Positions 38,363 to 46,581 of a stretch of 57,197 bases of DNA are shown here, in pieces. Below the pieces are notes generated by a model that was not told the origin of the DNA, did no database searches, and saw only the letters and a program-made list of their open reading frames with translations. The DNA lies in assembly GCA_047517485.1 (NCBI GenBank), contig JAKZSU010000050.1:1-57197 (forward strand). The letters are read 5' to 3'. The position numbers were made by a program, and so were the translations under genes. Within the stretch, counting starts at the first letter, position 1. Every line of letters begins with the position of its first letter. This DNA comes from Alphaproteobacteria bacterium (GTDB taxonomy: Bacteria > Pseudomonadota > Alphaproteobacteria > UBA7887).

Positions 38363-39778
38363 TCAGGCCAAACGCACATACTCGTACTCAATCGGCTGAC
38401 CGTTGATGCCGCGCGCCGGCGGCGCGATCCAATTCGCCATCTGTCCGGCGCCGGTCACCGGCTTCATGAGCGAGGCAATATAGGCGTGGTCGTCGTCGTC
38501 GGGAAGCCATTGGTTTCGTTCGCCAAGCCACGCCGCCTCGGCCATCGGCGCTCCTGTGGGTGAGAAGAACGCACCGGCGAAAGTGCCAATTTGGCGGTGA
38601 AAGGCGGAGGCCGGCAAACGCAGCTCGAACGCGATGTCGTGCGCCGCGATCACTTTGTTCCAGCGCGCCAGGCCGCGCGCGCAATCCGCCGTGTAATCGT
38701 CCCGCAGCCGCTCGTTCAGCGCCGACAAGGCGGGCACTTCGAGCGAACCGCCTTCGAGCGACGGCACTTGGTAAGCCTCTTCGCCAAGCACATGGTCGTC
38801 GTCGATCTTGCTCTCTTGATAGCGACCCTTGAGCCCCGCCGTATAGTAGTTCGCCGCGTTGGTCGATTGCTCGGCGCCGAACAGGTCGGCCGAGACGCTG
38901 TAATGAAAATTGATGTAGCGCTGCAGGGTTTCGAGGTCGATGCCGCCGTGCGCGCGGACCTCGGCCGGGTCGCTGATCTTGTGCTCTTTCATCAGCTCGC
39001 AGGCGCGCTGGACGATGCGGCCGACGCCGCTCTCGCCGACGAACATGTGGTGCGCCTCCTCAGTCAGCATGAAACGACAAGTGCGCGACAGCGGATCGAA
39101 AGCGGATTCCGCGAGCGACGCGAGCTGGTATTTGCCGTCGCGATCGGTGAAATAGGTGAACATGAAGAACGACAGCCAGTCCGGTGTCGCTTCGTTGAAG
39201 GCGCCGAGAATCCGCGGCTTGTCGGGATCGCCCGAATGACGGTCGAGCATCTCCTCCGCTTCCTCGCGCCCGTCGCGACCGAAGTGGGCGTCGAGCAAAT
39301 AGACCATCGCCCACAAATGCCGGCCTTCCTCGACATTGACCTGGAACAGGTTGCGCAGATCGTACAGCGACGGGCAGGTCTTCCCCAGCAGACGCTGCTG
39401 CTCGACCGATGCCGGTTCGGTATCGCCTTGGGTAACGATGAGCCGGCGCAAGGTCGAGCGATACTCGCCCGGCACATCTTGCCAAACCGCGTCACCCTTG
39501 TGCTCGCCGAAGCCGATGCGCCGGTCCTCGACCGCCGGGCTGAGAAAAATTCCCCAGCGATAATCGGGCATCTTGACGTAATCGAAATGCGCCCAGCCGC
39601 CCGACTCGACACTGATCGCGGTGCGCAAATAGACCTCGATGTCCTGATAGCCCTCGGGCCCGAGTTCGCGCCACCAATCGATGTAGCGCGGCTGCCACGC
39701 CTCCAAGGCCCGCTGCAGGCGCGCATTGTCGCTGAGTTGGACATTGTTGGGGATGAGTTCGGAATAATCGATCGCCAT
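38363..39778 (-). CDS. boxB: Benzoyl-CoA 2,3-epoxidase, di-iron subunit
   Basis: YRWGIF, QGDTEPASVEQQR, PSLYDLRNLFQVNVEEGRHLWAM and TEEAHHMFVG motifs. Confidence 0.95.
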   Translation of the reverse strand: MAIDYSELIPNNVQLSDNARLQRALEAWQPRYIDWWRELGPEGYQDIEVYLRTAISVESGGWAHFDYVKMPDYRWGIFLSPAVEDRRIGFGEHKGDAVWQDVPGEYRSTLRRLIVTQGDTEPASVEQQRLLGKTCPSLYDLRNLFQVNVEEGRHLWAMVYLLDAHFGRDGREEAEEMLDRHSGDPDKPRILGAFNEATPDWLSFFMFTYFTDRDGKYQLASLAESAFDPLSRTCRFMLTEEAHHMFVGESGVGRIVQRACELMKEHKISDPAEVRAHGGIDLETLQRYINFHYSVSADLFGAEQSTNAANYYTAGLKGRYQESKIDDDHVLGEEAYQVPSLEGGSLEVPALSALNERLRDDYTADCARGLARWNKVIAAHDIAFELRLPASAFHRQIGTFAGAFFSPTGAPMAEAAWLGERNQWLPDDDDHAYIASLMKPVTGAGQMANWIAPPARGINGQPIEYEYVRLA

Positions 39779-39781
39779 GGT

Positions 39782-41479
39782 TCACACCCTCTTCATATCG
39801 AATTCGCTGCGCCGACCGCTGCCGAAGAGGGTCAGCGCGCCGTCCGGCCCAACCGCGTTGGGACGCTGGAATATCCAGTTCTGCCAGGCGGTCAGGCGGC
39901 CGAAAATCTTGGTTTCCATGGTTTCCGGCCCGGCGAAGCGGAGGCTCGCCTCCATGCCGGTCAAGGCGTCGGGCGAAAAGCTCGCGCGTTCCTCCACCGC
40001 GAGCCGGACCTCGTCGTCCCAATCGATCGCATCGGGAATGAAGGTGACCAGACCGAGATCATCGGCGTCGGCCGCCGCCAGCGCGTCGCCGCATGCCGCA
40101 TGTGCCGCCGCCAGCGCCGCCTCGTCGTCGAGAAACCGGGTCGCCAATCGCGACAGGCCGTTTGCCATCGCCAGGGCGCCGAAATTCATTTCGCTCAGCG
40201 CGACGCTGGGCGCCGGCTCATCGTCGAGCATGTAGCTGCGATCGGCCGCCAGCACCAACTCGAACAAAGTGCCGGCGAAGCAGCTCCCGGGCTCGATCAA
40301 GGCGATCAGGCTGCGCGACGACATATCCAGGCGCTTGAGCACCCGCTTCCAGTACAGGGTGATCTCGCGCGCCAGCCAGTGGTCTTGGTTGGCGAGTAGA
40401 AATCCGTCGTGCGCCCCCACCAGGGCCCCGTCACCAGTGCTGTTCAGCACCCAGGTGCCGATTTCCGGGCGATTGGTGCGGAGATGGAGAATCGCATCGT
40501 CGAGCGCCCGGGCGAGCGCCAGCGCCCATACGCCGTCGCCCGCCCGGGCCAGATCATCGAGGCTCGCCGGCGGATCCTGGTCCGGTCCGGCAACGACAAA
40601 TGTCGCCACCCGCCGGTCGCCATCGATGGCGATGTCGAGAAACCGATAGCTCAGGCGCTCCGGATCGAGGGTGCGGGCGAGCGGCCCGAGCGCTATCCCC
40701 GTGCCGTCACGCGGGCGATCCGATTGCGCGGCGATCGTCTCGGCGCGGGCGCGCGCCTCGGCCATCAGGGTCGACGGCCGTGCCAAGGCATCGACCAGGC
40801 CCCAGTCGCGGGCGCGGCGGCCGCGCAGGCCTTCCGCCGTGGTGCACAGGAAATCCGCGCGATCGCGCCGCACCTTGCGCTTATCGACCAGGCGGGTCAG
40901 ACCGCCGGTGCCGGGCAACACCGCGAGCAAAGGCAGTTCGGGTAACGAGACCGCCGACGCGCCGTCATCGGCGAGGATGATTTCGTCACATGCGAGCGCC
41001 AGTTCGTAGCCGCCGCCGGACGCGGTGCCGTTGAGCACCGCGATATAGGTCTGGCGCGAGTATTCGCTGGCGTCTTCCATGCCGCAGCGCGTCTCGTTGG
41101 TGAACTTACAAAAATTCACTTTCTCGGCGTGCGCCGATTGACCGAGCATGCGGATGTTGGCACCGGCCGAAAAAACCTTGTCCTTGGCCGAGGTCAGAAT
41201 GACCGCGCCGACTTCCGGGTGCTCAAATCGCAGCCGCTGCACCGCGTCGTAGAGCTCGATATCGACGCCAAGGTCATACGAGTTGAGTTTGAGCTCGTAG
41301 CCTGGTTTGAGCGATCCCGCCTCGTCGACATCGAGGGCGAGGGTCGCCACCGCGCCGTCGAAGGCGAGTTTCCAGTGGCGATAGGCCTCGGGAGAGGTCC
41401 GAAAATCGATCGCCGAGTCGGTGTTCGACGCTGCCGCGCCCGGATCACCGGGCTGGACCTGACCCTCGTGTTCGGTCAT
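39782..41479 (-). CDS. boxC: 2,3-epoxybenzoyl-CoA dihydrolase; start probably ATG 41479
   Basis: YRHWKL, LKLNSYDLGVDIEL, FSAGANI, NFCKFTNETR, LAVLPGTGG and IFGRLTAWQNWIFQRPNA motifs. Confidence 0.95.
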   Translation of the reverse strand: MTEHEGQVQPGDPGAAASNTDSAIDFRTSPEAYRHWKLAFDGAVATLALDVDEAGSLKPGYELKLNSYDLGVDIELYDAVQRLRFEHPEVGAVILTSAKDKVFSAGANIRMLGQSAHAEKVNFCKFTNETRCGMEDASEYSRQTYIAVLNGTASGGGYELALACDEIILADDGASAVSLPELPLLAVLPGTGGLTRLVDKRKVRRDRADFLCTTAEGLRGRRARDWGLVDALARPSTLMAEARARAETIAAQSDRPRDGTGIALGPLARTLDPERLSYRFLDIAIDGDRRVATFVVAGPDQDPPASLDDLARAGDGVWALALARALDDAILHLRTNRPEIGTWVLNSTGDGALVGAHDGFLLANQDHWLAREITLYWKRVLKRLDMSSRSLIALIEPGSCFAGTLFELVLAADRSYMLDDEPAPSVALSEMNFGALAMANGLSRLATRFLDDEAALAAAHAACGDALAAADADDLGLVTFIPDAIDWDDEVRLAVEERASFSPDALTGMEASLRFAGPETMETKIFGRLTAWQNWIFQRPNAVGPDGALTLFGSGRRSEFDMKRV

Positions 41480-41494
41480 AGTCGGCTCCAATTA

Positions 41495-41508
41495 GGTATG
41501 GTTATACC
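41495..41508. promoter_or_regulatory. Candidate operator palindrome between the divergent boxC and GNAT genes
   Basis: GGTAT-GGTT-ATACC in an AT-rich ~50-bp divergent gap. Confidence 0.35.
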
Positions 41509-41530
41509 GATTTAGAAACAGGGTACCCCG

Positions 41531-42001
41531 ATGCCCCCAAGAGTCAAGCCGGGAGTGAACCCGGACCCGATCGCCATTCGCCCCATCCGCGACAGCGATC
41601 TCGCCGCGGTGGTGGCGCTCGACGCGCGGACCACGGGCGAGTCCAAAGCGGACTATTGGCGCGCCGCGTTCGATCGCTATGTCGCGACAACCGACCAGGC
41701 GTGCGCCTTCGCGGCGGTGCAAGGGGCGGACTTGGTCGGCTATGTAATGGGTGAGGTGCGCAGTTGGGAGTTCGGATCGCCGCCGTGCGGCTGGGTGTTC
41801 GCCGTCAACGTCGCGCCGGGGTGTCGCGAGGCCGGAATCGGCACGAAATTGTTCGCCGCCGCCGATGCCGCGTTTCGAAAAGCAGGGGTAAAGTCGATTC
41901 GCACGATGGTAGCGCGCGATGCGACGCTGCTAATGTCATTTTTTCGCGCCCAAGGCATGACCGCGGGGCCCTTTGTCGAGCTTGAATTGCCAATCGATTA
42001 G
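41531..42001 (+). CDS. GNAT acetyltransferase, BadL-like
   Basis: GEVRSWEFGSPPCGW, acetyl-CoA motif REAGIGTKL, and RTMVARD...SFFRAQG; divergent from boxC. Confidence 0.8.
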   Translation: MPPRVKPGVNPDPIAIRPIRDSDLAAVVALDARTTGESKADYWRAAFDRYVATTDQACAFAAVQGADLVGYVMGEVRSWEFGSPPCGWVFAVNVAPGCREAGIGTKLFAAADAAFRKAGVKSIRTMVARDATLLMSFFRAQGMTAGPFVELELPID

Positions 42002-42006
42002 ATCAA

Positions 42007-42115
42007 CTATCCACAGGAATTTAAACTCATATCTTATTGTTTTAGATTAATTAAATTCGAAATAATCGAGTTATCCATAGGATATATCTTAAAATTACCC
42101 ACAGACTGGGGATAA
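42007..42115. promoter_or_regulatory. AT-rich cluster of four DnaA-box-like nonamers
   Basis: CTATCCACA (42007), TTATCCATA (42071), TTACCCACA (42095) and TGGGGATAA (42107; reverse complement TTATCCCCA), each one mismatch from TTATCCACA, in the most AT-rich stretch of the window. Confidence 0.6.
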
Positions 42116-42215
42116 CTCTACGATAGAGACACGCCGAACCATACCGCATGTGTATTGTTCATAAAATAAACACTATCACTTCCGGTTGGCGGGGCAGGAA
42201 TGCGGGTGATAAACT

Positions 42216-43445
42216 ATGGCGGCTAAGGACGCCGACCAGGTGTCCGGCGGGCATCAATTGGCCCCAAGGATCGGCACACTCATGAGCCACGATAACGCGG
42301 CGGCAGGCATCGACGACAGCGCCGAACCATCGGCCGCCGCGCACGCCGCGCATCTCGGAATTTTGCCGCATCAGGCGCTCGCGTCCTTGATCGACGCCGG
42401 CGAAATATCCGCCGCCGCCGCGATCCTGCCGGAACAGGTCCAACCGGCGAGCCTCGACCTCCGTCTCGGCTCCGTGGCGTATCGCGTCCGCGCGAGTTTC
42501 ATGCCCGGCCCCGGCGTGCCGGTGCTCGACAAGATCGACCAATTCGGCATGCACTCGATTGGCCTGACCGGCGGCGCGGTTCTCGAACGCGGCTGCGTCT
42601 ATATCGTTCCGTTGCAGGAGACATTGGCGTTGGCGAGCCGGTTGTCGGCGTTCGCCAATCCCAAAAGCTCGATCGGCCGGCTCGACGTTTTCACCCGGGT
42701 TATCACCGACGGCGGCACCGCGTTCGACCGCGTCCCCGACGGCTATGACGGCCCGCTCTACGCCGAGATCGCGCCACGCACCTTTTCCATCCAGGTGCGC
42801 GAGGGCTCCAGGCTTTGCCAATTGCGACTGCGACGCGGCACGCCAAAGCTCGCCGCCGGCGCGCTGCGCGATCTGCATGAGCGCTACCGCCTGGTCGAGA
42901 GCGCCGCCGGTATCGCGCCGATTATCCGTGACGATCTGGTCGGCGTGACCCTCGATCTCGCGGCTTCGGGCGGCGACGGGCCGATCGGATTTCGGGCCCG
43001 CAAGCATACCGACATTATCGACGTAGATGCGCGAGGCGCCTACGATCCGGTGGAGTTTTGGGAGCCTATCACGCCGCACAAAGGCGGCGGCATCGTTCTC
43101 GACCCCGATGATTTTCACATCCTGGCCACCCGCGAACGGGTCGCCGTGCCGCCCGATTACGCCGCCGAGATGGTCGCCTACGATACCTTGGTTGGCGAGT
43201 TCCGCGTCCATTACGCCGGTTTCTTCGATCCCGGCTTCGGCTTCGGCGCCGGCGGCGCGTCACGCGCGGTTCTCGAAGTGCGCTCGCACGATGTGCCGTT
43301 CCTCCTCGAACACGGCCAGATCATCGGCTGGCTGCGCTATGAGAAACTCGCCGGCACGCCCGACCGAGTCTATGGCAGCGATATCGGCTCGTCCTATCAG
43401 GGCCAGGGCTTGAAGCTCGGCAAACAATTCACCCCCTGGCCGTAA
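42216..43445 (+). CDS. dcd: 2'-deoxycytidine 5'-triphosphate deaminase (long alphaproteobacterial type)
   Basis: QPASLDLRLG, ANPKSSIGRLDVF and EFRVHYAGFFDPGFG motifs; duplicated dUTPase-like fold. Confidence 0.88.
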   Translation: MAAKDADQVSGGHQLAPRIGTLMSHDNAAAGIDDSAEPSAAAHAAHLGILPHQALASLIDAGEISAAAAILPEQVQPASLDLRLGSVAYRVRASFMPGPGVPVLDKIDQFGMHSIGLTGGAVLERGCVYIVPLQETLALASRLSAFANPKSSIGRLDVFTRVITDGGTAFDRVPDGYDGPLYAEIAPRTFSIQVREGSRLCQLRLRRGTPKLAAGALRDLHERYRLVESAAGIAPIIRDDLVGVTLDLAASGGDGPIGFRARKHTDIIDVDARGAYDPVEFWEPITPHKGGGIVLDPDDFHILATRERVAVPPDYAAEMVAYDTLVGEFRVHYAGFFDPGFGFGAGGASRAVLEVRSHDVPFLLEHGQIIGWLRYEKLAGTPDRVYGSDIGSSYQGQGLKLGKQFTPWP

Positions 43446-43457
43446 TACCAGCTTGCG

Positions 43458-43868
43458 ATGAAACTTCAGACCGCGACTCGGCTCGCCTTATACGCGGTGA
43501 TCGATTTGGCCGGCGCGGCGGGCACCGCGCGCTCGGCGAGCGACATCGCGGCCAGCCACGGCGCCTCGGTCGCCCACATGGCCAAGGTCATGCAGACCCT
43601 CGCCCGCGCCGGCATCGTCGAGGCCACGCGCGGCGCGCGCGGTGGCTATCGCTTCGCCGCCAATCCACGCCGCACGTCCTTGCTCGACGTAATCGAATTG
43701 TTCGAACCGGTTGAAGTCACCGCGCATGCCGCGGCCAATCCTGGTCGTACCGACGCCGCGGTATCCGACGCGCTCGACCGCGTATTGGCGGAGATCGACG
43801 ACATTGCCCGCGCCACCCTCGGCTCGATCACCCTCGATACCCTGTTGAAGACGATTCGCGCCGCTTGA
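43458..43868 (+). CDS. Rrf2 family regulator lacking Fe-S cysteines (BadM-like)
   Basis: HMAKVMQTLARAGIVEATRGARGGYRF...SLLDVIELFE; no Cys in the sequence. Confidence 0.85.
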   Translation: MKLQTATRLALYAVIDLAGAAGTARSASDIAASHGASVAHMAKVMQTLARAGIVEATRGARGGYRFAANPRRTSLLDVIELFEPVEVTAHAAANPGRTDAAVSDALDRVLAEIDDIARATLGSITLDTLLKTIRAA

Positions 43869-43946
43869 CCAGCCATAGTCTAGCCTTTACCAACCGCGAC
43901 TATGGGGGATAGTCTCGGCGCGACGGTTACCAGGCAAGGCAAAAAA

Positions 43947-45203
43947 ATGACGCAACGCGGGGAACATTACGACGATCTGGAAATACGCGACCCGGAGCGG
44001 CGAGAAGCGGCGCAGTTCGAGGCGCTGCGCGACCAGATCACATCCGCCAAGCATCACAGCCCGGCCTGGGGCCGGATATTAAGCGGCATCGACGGCGAAG
44101 AAGTGACGTCGCGCAAGGCGCTGGCGGGTCTGCCGGTAACGCGAAAATCGGGACTGATCGAGCTGCAGAAAGCCAACCGCCCGCTCGGCGGCCTGACCAC
44201 GCGCCCGCCCGGCGAGATGAGCTGGGTGTTTTGCTCGCCGGGGCCGATTTATGAACCCGGCATTCAGCGCCGCGATTATTGGCGCATGGGCCGCGCGCTC
44301 TATGCGGCCGGATTGCGCCCTGGCGACATCGCCTACAACACGTTCGCCTACCATCTAACGCCGGCCGGTCATATGATGGAAGCTGGCGCCCATGCCTGCG
44401 GCTGCGCGGTGGTGCCGGGCGGCATCGGCAATACCGAGCAACAAATCCAGGCGATCAACGATATTCGACCCAACGCCTACATCGGCACCCCCTCGTTCTT
44501 GCGAATTCTCTTCGAACGCGCCCGCGAGGCCGGCCTCGATACCTCGAGCATCACCAAGGCTTCGGTCGGCGGCGAGGCGCTGCCGCCGAGCCTGCGCGAC
44601 ACCTTCAAGCAAGAGGGCGTGGCGGTCCTGCAATCCTACGGCACTGCCGATCTCGGCCTGATTGCCTATGAATCGCCGGCGCTCGAAGGCATGGTCATCG
44701 ATGAAGGGGTTATCGTCGAGATCGTCACGCCGGGAACCGGCGATCCGGTCGCCGAGGGCGAGGTCGGCGAAGTCGTGGTCAGCGTCCTCAATCCCGATTA
44801 TCCGCTGGTTCGTTTCGCCACCGGCGATTTGTCGGCGGTCCTCGCCGGCCAGTCAGCGTGCGGCCGAACCAATACCCGCCTCAAGGGCTGGATGGGCCGC
44901 GCCGACCAGACCACCAAGGTCCGCGGCATGTTTGTCCATCCGACTCAGGTCGGACAGGTGGTTTCCCGCCATCCGCAGATCGGCAAGGCGCGGCTGGTAA
45001 TCGACAACCCGGATCAGTCGGACCGCATGACCCTGCGCTGCGAGATCGCCGGCGATGTAAGCGCGGACCGCGCCGCCCTGATCGCGGAAATCGCCGGCTC
45101 GGTGCAAAGCCTTTGTAAGGTGCGCGGCGACGTCGAGCTCGTCGGTCCGGGTAGCCTCCCCGATGACGGCAAGGTTATCGACGACACAAGGGTCTATGAG
45201 TAG
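43947..45203 (+). CDS. Phenylacetate-CoA ligase (PaaK)-like AMP-dependent ligase
   Basis: SPGPIYEP, YIGTPSFL, QSYGTADLG, RFATGDLS and GRADQTTKVRGMF motifs. Confidence 0.85.
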   Translation: MTQRGEHYDDLEIRDPERREAAQFEALRDQITSAKHHSPAWGRILSGIDGEEVTSRKALAGLPVTRKSGLIELQKANRPLGGLTTRPPGEMSWVFCSPGPIYEPGIQRRDYWRMGRALYAAGLRPGDIAYNTFAYHLTPAGHMMEAGAHACGCAVVPGGIGNTEQQIQAINDIRPNAYIGTPSFLRILFERAREAGLDTSSITKASVGGEALPPSLRDTFKQEGVAVLQSYGTADLGLIAYESPALEGMVIDEGVIVEIVTPGTGDPVAEGEVGEVVVSVLNPDYPLVRFATGDLSAVLAGQSACGRTNTRLKGWMGRADQTTKVRGMFVHPTQVGQVVSRHPQIGKARLVIDNPDQSDRMTLRCEIAGDVSADRAALIAEIAGSVQSLCKVRGDVELVGPGSLPDDGKVIDDTRVYE

Positions 45204-45347
45204 CAATCGCTACCCCGCCGATCATGTCGCCCCTAGAGCGCTGATATAACACGAATTTTCGCCATTCGGTGACCACCGTCACAGTATCGTCGACAATTCG
45301 CGACTATCTCTTTGAGCATACAAAACTTGTTCTCGGGGATCGTCTTC

Positions 45348-45497
45348 ATGCCGCGCCATCATCACCACCGATCGCTTCACCGCGCGATCGGTCTCGCCGT
45401 CGCTACACTTTTCGTCCTCGGAATGTTCGCCGTTAGCCCGCTTTTCGCCGACGCCGAACAGTACCGAACGCCGCATTCCGCCGCCGGCCAATTCTAA
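45348..45497 (+). CDS. Possible 49-aa His-rich exported peptide
   Basis: MPRHHHHRSLHRAIGLAVATLFVLGMFAVSPLFA-DAEQYRTPHSAAGQF; GGGGA RBS-like sequence; signal-peptide-like architecture. Confidence 0.35.
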   Translation: MPRHHHHRSLHRAIGLAVATLFVLGMFAVSPLFADAEQYRTPHSAAGQF

Positions 45498-45642
45498 CAA
45501 TCGCTTGATCGACAGCTAAAAATCCTTCCGACCCAGACCGGATTTCGGTTTAGACTTAGATCGTGGCTGTTGGGGAAGTCGGCGCCGTTTCGATGGTTCG
45601 AGCCGGGCCGACCGTTTCCGCTATCGAAACGAGGTTGGGACA

Positions 45643-46347
45643 ATGTCGCTGGAAAGCAGGGACGATATACGCGCGATCCTGGGGCGGCATTTTTTGCTCC
45701 GGCATCTGGAGGCGAGCGAGCTCGATCAGTTGCTCAAATTCGCCAAGCTCAGGCATGGGCGACCGAACGAAGTGTTGTTTCAAAAGGGCGATCCCGGCGA
45801 CGGCCTGATCGCCATCATCGAAGGCCGAGTCAAGATCAGCACCATGTCCGCCGAAGGCAAGGAGATCGTGCTCAACATCCTCGGTCCCGGCGAACTGTTC
45901 GGTGAAATCGCGCTGATCGACGGCAAGGACCGCAGCGCCGACGCAACGGTGATGGAAAACGCCGAGCTGGTGGTCATCGACGTTCGCGACTTCATGCCCT
46001 TCCTCGAGGAGCGGCCGGAACTGGCGACCCGACTGTTGGTGATGCTGTGCGAACGGTTTCGCTGGGTCAACGATCTCTATGAGGATGCCATCTTCATGCA
46101 TCTTCCGGCGCGCCTGGCGAAACATTTGATCCGTCTCGGCGAATCGTTCGGCGACGAGTCCGACGACGGCGTGCGCATCGGCATCAAATTATCGCAACAG
46201 GATCTTGGTAATCTGATGGGAACCACCCGGGAAAGCGTCAACAAACAAATGCGCACCTGGATAAACAGCGGCATCGTCTCGGTCGACCACGGCATCATCA
46301 CCATTCTCGACCAAGACCAGTTGGAGCTGTTCTGCGATCCCTTTTGA
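45643..46347 (+). CDS. Crp/Fnr family transcriptional regulator
   Basis: cNMP-binding domain (LFQKGDPG, GELFGE, RSADA) and HTH LSQQDLGNLMGTTRESVNKQM. Confidence 0.92.
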   Translation: MSLESRDDIRAILGRHFLLRHLEASELDQLLKFAKLRHGRPNEVLFQKGDPGDGLIAIIEGRVKISTMSAEGKEIVLNILGPGELFGEIALIDGKDRSADATVMENAELVVIDVRDFMPFLEERPELATRLLVMLCERFRWVNDLYEDAIFMHLPARLAKHLIRLGESFGDESDDGVRIGIKLSQQDLGNLMGTTRESVNKQMRTWINSGIVSVDHGIITILDQDQLELFCDPF

Positions 46348-46581
46348 GGGCGCGCGCCGCGCGGGCATTGCCACACAATCGCCATCAAATCGACCTGAAG
46401 CCGCCCGATTTCGGACCCACTACGGCCGCAGTTTCGCCATACCTAGACCGCCGAGGGGACGTACTGTCGGGGGGTAATTCGGCGAGAGGCACATTCGGAC
46501 GTGTCGCATGCGATCGGCTTAGTCGAAATCGACACGAACAACGGGCACTCGCCCTCTTCCCCCATTTGGGGAGCAACAATC

